Below are positions 60,081-64,000 of a stretch of 64,000 nt of DNA, piece after piece; positions within the stretch are counted from its first letter, which is position 1, and each line of letters opens with the position of its first letter. The DNA is from Myxococcales bacterium UBA1660. Its GTDB lineage: Bacteria; Myxococcota_A; Polyangia; Polyangiales; Houyiibacteriaceae. Both the position numbers and the translations under genes were made by a program. The stretch covers positions 3,497 to 67,496 of the forward strand of contig DCLA01000020.1 in the NCBI GenBank assembly GCA_002320815.1. Reading direction: 5' to 3'. Below the pieces are notes generated by a model that ran no database searches, had not been told where the DNA came from, and was given only the letters and a program-made list of their open reading frames with translations.

Positions 60081-61012
60081 TCGCTTCCCTTCTCGGTGTC
60101 GTCGGCGACGGGGAGCTCCCCCGGCATCTCGCCCTTGGCGTTGATCTTTACGATGTCGGTGGTCCGCTCGTCGACCGTCTTCAGGTCCAGCCCGTCCTGC
60201 CCGAGGCCGACGGCCTTGCGGTAGTAGGCGCTCTCCCCGAAGACCCGCAGCGCGGCGATGCGCTTGGGTAGCGCGGGGTGCGAGTCGAAGATCTCGGTGA
60301 AGCGCCCGACGCCCTTCCGGGCCTCCTCGAGCTGGTCCATATAGGCCTCGACGTCGATGGCGTCGTAGTGCTTGGTGGAACCGGAGGCCATCTTCACGAA
60401 GGTCCGCTCGGCGACCCCGATGTCCCCGCAGCAGAGCGCGCCGGCGCGGTCGCAGGTGATCTCCGCGCGGCGGGACCAGGTGCGCAACGCGGCCTGCACC
60501 ACCGGCTGCAGGGGTCGCAGGATCGCCGGGAGCTGCGAGAGGAGGAGCATGGTGGTCAGGTAGACCACGTGGCCGTTCTGGATGTGGCCCATCTCGTGGC
60601 CGATGACGAAGCGCAGCTCGTCTTCGGTGAAGTGATCCACCAGCTTCGAGTGGACCACGATGAACGAGTCCTCCTGGGTCCCGAAGGTGAAGGCGTTCAT
60701 CACCGGGCTGTTGGAGATGTAGAGGGCCGGCATCGCGATGCCCAGGACGTCGGCGCATTCCTTGGCCAGGGCGTGGACCTGGGGGAGCTGGCGCGGACCG
60801 ACCTTGAGAGAGTTGGCGATGAAGCGATGCTGGAAGAGGTGCTTCTGGCCGCGGACCAACGAGGCCACCACCAGCTTCAGCGGACGGAACTTGTCGAACC
60901 CGCGGAGCATGGTGAGGTCCGGACCGAAGGCGTAGCGGGTCTCCTCGGCCATGCCGCCGAGGGCTCCGCTCTCGCGCTTGCTGACGTATGCGTCGAAGCT
61001 GAATTCGCTCAC
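60077..61012 (-). CDS. M48 (HtpX/Ste24/OMA1-like) zinc metallopeptidase
   Basis: NAFTFG, ELRFVIGHEMGH, WSRRAEITCDRAG, SHP..RI; ATGA overlap with the dynamin start. Confidence 0.9.
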   Translation of the reverse strand: MSEFSFDAYVSKRESGALGGMAEETRYAFGPDLTMLRGFDKFRPLKLVVASLVRGQKHLFQHRFIANSLKVGPRQLPQVHALAKECADVLGIAMPALYISNSPVMNAFTFGTQEDSFIVVHSKLVDHFTEDELRFVIGHEMGHIQNGHVVYLTTMLLLSQLPAILRPLQPVVQAALRTWSRRAEITCDRAGALCCGDIGVAERTFVKMASGSTKHYDAIDVEAYMDQLEEARKGVGRFTEIFDSHPALPKRIAALRVFGESAYYRKAVGLGQDGLDLKTVDERTTDIVKINAKGEMPGELPVADDTEKGSE

Positions 61013-61174
61013 TGGACCTCCATGCCCCCGGCTCGGGAGCCACGCGAGAACAGTAGGCCTGGGGCTCGGGCGTGACAACGGTGCACGCGAACCCAACGGC
61101 TCGGCGCCCCCCGCGATTCCACCGACCGCCGCGGAGGATGACTATGTCGTCACGTTCTGGTAGGCGGGCAGGCC

Positions 61175-62227
61175 ATGGGCATCACGATCCTCGGCACCGG
61201 CCACCACGTCCCCGGCGTCCCCGTCACCAACGACCAGCTCTCCGCGGTGATGGAGACCAGCGACGAGTGGATCTACCCGCGCACCGGCATCAAGCAGCGC
61301 CACTTCGTCGCCGAGGGCGAAGGGGTGAGCGATCTGGCCCTCAAGGCCAGCCAGCGGGCGCTGGCCAACGCGGGCGTCGACGCCGAAGAGGTCGACTTCA
61401 TCGTCTTCGCCACCATGACCCCGGAGTTCATCTTCCCGGGGGCCGGCGGGCTCCTGGGCGCCAAGCTGGGCATCCCGCGCGTGCCCGCGCTGGACATCCG
61501 CCAGCAGTGCGCGGCGATGCCCTTCGGGATGCAGGTCGCCAACGGCCTGGTGGCCACCGGCGCGGCCAAGACGATCCTCCTGGTGGGAGCCGACGCCCAC
61601 GCCGGCTTCATGCCCTGGGAGGACTGGGACGTGCTCTACGGCGAGAGCGACCGCCCGGTGAGCCAGGAGGCCATGGAGCGCGGCACCCGGCATCGGGGCC
61701 TGGCGGTGCTCTTCGGCGACGGCGCGGCGGCCATGGTGCTCCGCGAGGGCGGCGAGGACCGGGGGTTCCTGGGCGCCGATCTCCACACCGACGGGCGGCT
61801 CTTCGACCGCATCTACATCGCCTCGGGCGGCTTCCGCAGCCGCCCCTACTTCACCCCGGAGATGTACGAGCGGGAGGAGCACATCCCCAAGATGCAGGGC
61901 CGGGACCTCTTCAAGGTGGCGGTCACCGAGCTGAGCCGCTCGGTGCGCACGGTCTGCGAGAAGTGCGCCGTGACCCTCGACGACGTCGACTGGTTCATCG
62001 CTCACCAGGCCAACGACCGCATCAACGGCGCGGTGCGCCAGGCCCTGAAGCTCCCCGAATCCAAGGTCCCCTCCAACATCGCCAAGTACGGGAACACGTC
62101 GGCGGCGACGATCGGGCTCCTCCTCGACGAGCTCCGCCGGGGCGGCGAGGTGAAGGAGGGCCAGCTCATCTGCTTCCTCGCCCTGGGCTCCGGCCTCAAC
62201 TGGGGCTCGGTCTTGATGCGACTCTGA
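61175..62227 (+). CDS. fabH: 3-oxoacyl-ACP synthase III (FabH-like)
   Basis: RTGIKQRH, QQCAA catalytic Cys, LFGDGA, HQAN, YGNTSAA, GSGLNWG. Confidence 0.85.
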   Translation: MGITILGTGHHVPGVPVTNDQLSAVMETSDEWIYPRTGIKQRHFVAEGEGVSDLALKASQRALANAGVDAEEVDFIVFATMTPEFIFPGAGGLLGAKLGIPRVPALDIRQQCAAMPFGMQVANGLVATGAAKTILLVGADAHAGFMPWEDWDVLYGESDRPVSQEAMERGTRHRGLAVLFGDGAAAMVLREGGEDRGFLGADLHTDGRLFDRIYIASGGFRSRPYFTPEMYEREEHIPKMQGRDLFKVAVTELSRSVRTVCEKCAVTLDDVDWFIAHQANDRINGAVRQALKLPESKVPSNIAKYGNTSAATIGLLLDELRRGGEVKEGQLICFLALGSGLNWGSVLMRL

Positions 62228-62237
62228 GCCCGGTCGC

Positions 62238-62846
62238 TCAGGCGGTCCCTTCGGCCGGCGCGGCCAGCGCGCCGCCCGCGAGCGCGTCGGCCAGGCGGGC
62301 CAGCGCGTCGCTCACCGCCGCCTGGGCCTCCACTCGGCCCGAGGCGCGGACCAGCGCGACGAGGTCCTCGTCTTCCAGGGCGGCGAAGTGCTGGGCCCCC
62401 CAGGTCAGGCATTGGACGATCACCCGGCGGTCCTGCTCGCTCCACCCCGCGCCCCAGGGCTCGCGGGTGGTGATGTCCAGGAGGTGCTCCATCTGCCGCT
62501 GCCGCCGCTGGGGCAGCGACCAACTCTCGACCCAGGTGCCGATGCGGCGACGGACGTCGCTCCGGCTGTGGAAGAGGTGGCCGACGAGCTGCTCGACCAG
62601 GACGCCCGCGCGGGCCTTGCCCTTCTTCCGCATCCAGCCCTCCACCAGGTCGGAGATCACGCTGTGGTAGCGCTCGAGCGCAGCGTCCATGAGCGCCGAC
62701 CGGGAGGCGAAGTAGTAGGTCACCGTGCCGGGGCTGAGCCCGGCCTTGCGCGCGATGGCGCGGACGGAGAGTCCGCCGCCCTCGTGGCCGGTGACCACTT
62801 CCAGGATTCGATCGATGGGATGTGCTTCCGCGGTGAGTGCAGCCAT
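62238..62846 (-). CDS. TetR family transcriptional regulator
   Basis: LSVRAIARKAGLSPGTVTYYFASRSAL helix-turn-helix. Confidence 0.8.
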   Translation of the reverse strand: MAALTAEAHPIDRILEVVTGHEGGGLSVRAIARKAGLSPGTVTYYFASRSALMDAALERYHSVISDLVEGWMRKKGKARAGVLVEQLVGHLFHSRSDVRRRIGTWVESWSLPQRRQRQMEHLLDITTREPWGAGWSEQDRRVIVQCLTWGAQHFAALEDEDLVALVRASGRVEAQAAVSDALARLADALAGGALAAPAEGTA

Positions 62847-62914
62847 GCCCCCTCTAGGAGCAAGGGCCGTTCCACCCATCAAAAGCACGAAAAGCCCGTG
62901 CCGAGGGAATGATC

Positions 62915-62930
62915 GTGAAGTTCACTTCAC
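62915..62930. promoter_or_regulatory. Palindrome GTGAAG-ttca-CTTCAC upstream of the tetR gene (candidate operator)
   Basis: 6-4-6 inverted repeat in an AT-richer intergenic region. Confidence 0.4.
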
Positions 62931-62980
62931 ACGGACCTCGACGCCCGTTCGCAGGAGCGAGAGCGGAATCCTCTACGGCT

Positions 62981-63436
62981 TCAGTCCTCGTCGAGGCGAG
63001 CTTCCCAGCGCTCGCGCTGGGCCGGCGTCCCGAGGTCGTGCTCGAGGAGCCACTCCACCAGGTCGTCGTCGATCAGGTCCACCACGGTGTCCGAGCGCTC
63101 GATGACCTGGGCGGCGACGACCTCGATGTCCAGCTCGTCGTCCACGTCGAGATCGGAGTGCACCAGGAGGAGACCGCGGTCGTCGAGGCCGACCTTCACG
63201 TCCCAGTAGCGCGCGTTGAGGGCCAGGCACCAGAGCAGGAAGGAGCGACCGCTGCCCGCCGGGGGCGGCACCGCGGCGCTCACCCGCAGCATCTCCGCCT
63301 CCGGATCGTGGTCGACCGCGACGGTCACCTCCCCGAAGCGCCCGTCGACGATCGCCCGCAGACCGTCCGGAGTCATCGTTACGCCATCGAGGTCTTCCTC
63401 GACGTGATCGAAGAGCTCGCCCATCAAATCCCGCAT
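62981..63436 (-). CDS. YbjN / type III secretion chaperone-like protein
   Basis: Acidic 151 aa; LRVSAAV..LLWCLALN..KVGLDDRGLLLVHSDL pattern. Confidence 0.6.
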   Translation of the reverse strand: MRDLMGELFDHVEEDLDGVTMTPDGLRAIVDGRFGEVTVAVDHDPEAEMLRVSAAVPPPAGSGRSFLLWCLALNARYWDVKVGLDDRGLLLVHSDLDVDDELDIEVVAAQVIERSDTVVDLIDDDLVEWLLEHDLGTPAQRERWEARLDED

Positions 63437-63480
63437 CGCGCCCGATGATGGGGCCTCGATCGCCCGGGCGCCAGGCCGAC

Positions 63481-63930
63481 ATGACCCAGCAAAGCAATCC
63501 CTCCGCCCCCGGGCGCCGCCTCACCGACCGGACCGCCATCGACGCGGTCGCCCAGGACGCCAGCGCCGTCGCGGTCCTGGGTATCCGCTCCGAAGCCCAC
63601 GCGCAGAAGCCCGCGCACTACGTCCCGGCGCGGCTCCAGAGGCTCGGCGTGCGCATCGTCCCCGTCCCCGTCTACGAGCCGGAGGTGTCCGAGATGCTCG
63701 GCGAGCCGGTCGTGCGCGACCTGCGGGAGGCCGGGCCGGTGGACATCGTCTGCGTCTTCCGCCGCCCCGAAGATGTCACCGGGCATCTGGAGGACCTGCT
63801 GGCGCTGCACCCACCGGTCGTCTGGCTCCAGAGCGGCATCCGCAACGAGGAAGTCGCCGACGCCCTCACCGCGGCGGGGATCGACGTGGTGCAGGACGAG
63901 TGCCTGATGGTGCGCCGAATGGCCGGCTGA
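63481..63930 (+). CDS. CoA-binding protein (YccU-like)
   Basis: VAVLG, IVPVP, VDIVCVFRR, VWLQSGI, VVQDECL. Confidence 0.9.
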   Translation: MTQQSNPSAPGRRLTDRTAIDAVAQDASAVAVLGIRSEAHAQKPAHYVPARLQRLGVRIVPVPVYEPEVSEMLGEPVVRDLREAGPVDIVCVFRRPEDVTGHLEDLLALHPPVVWLQSGIRNEEVADALTAAGIDVVQDECLMVRRMAG

Positions 63931-64000
63931 CGTTCGGCCGAGGGGCGATCGACGTCACACGTCGTGAGACGTATCGGTGCCGAGGGCCTCACGGGGTGAT

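Overview
A 64-kb stretch of core-genome-like chromosome from a very GC-rich bacterium (about 70-75% G+C by eye). The gene set points to Myxococcota, probably Polyangiales/Sandaracinaceae-like: MYXO-CTERM and fibro-slime proteins, a PEGA-domain Ser/Thr kinase, many Cys-rich lipoproteins, a sigma54 enhancer-binding protein and a myxobacterial-type LexA box. It holds about 58 genes (lexA, panB, panC, fumC, argH, lysA, comEC, fabH-like, M1 aminopeptidase, MscS, L,D-transpeptidase and others) and one tRNA-Arg(CCG). I see no integrase, transposase, reverse transcriptase or CRISPR array. Best leads: (1) a translationally coupled M48 metallopeptidase plus mitofusin/BDLP-type dynamin operon, the same family pairing as mitochondrial OMA1-OPA1; (2) an intact but apparently catalytically dead P1B-ATPase homologue with all key motifs replaced, bracketed by tandem and composite repeats; (3) a 47-aa Lys/Arg-rich small ORF missing from the ORF track; (4) a low-GC orphan secreted-protein gene between the tRNA and comEC; (5) an esterase fused to an extensin-like/Zn-peptidase domain; (6) two unexplained structured intergenic repeats; (7) a window-wide leaderless-promoter signature. 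All family calls come from motif recognition by eye; no database searches were run.
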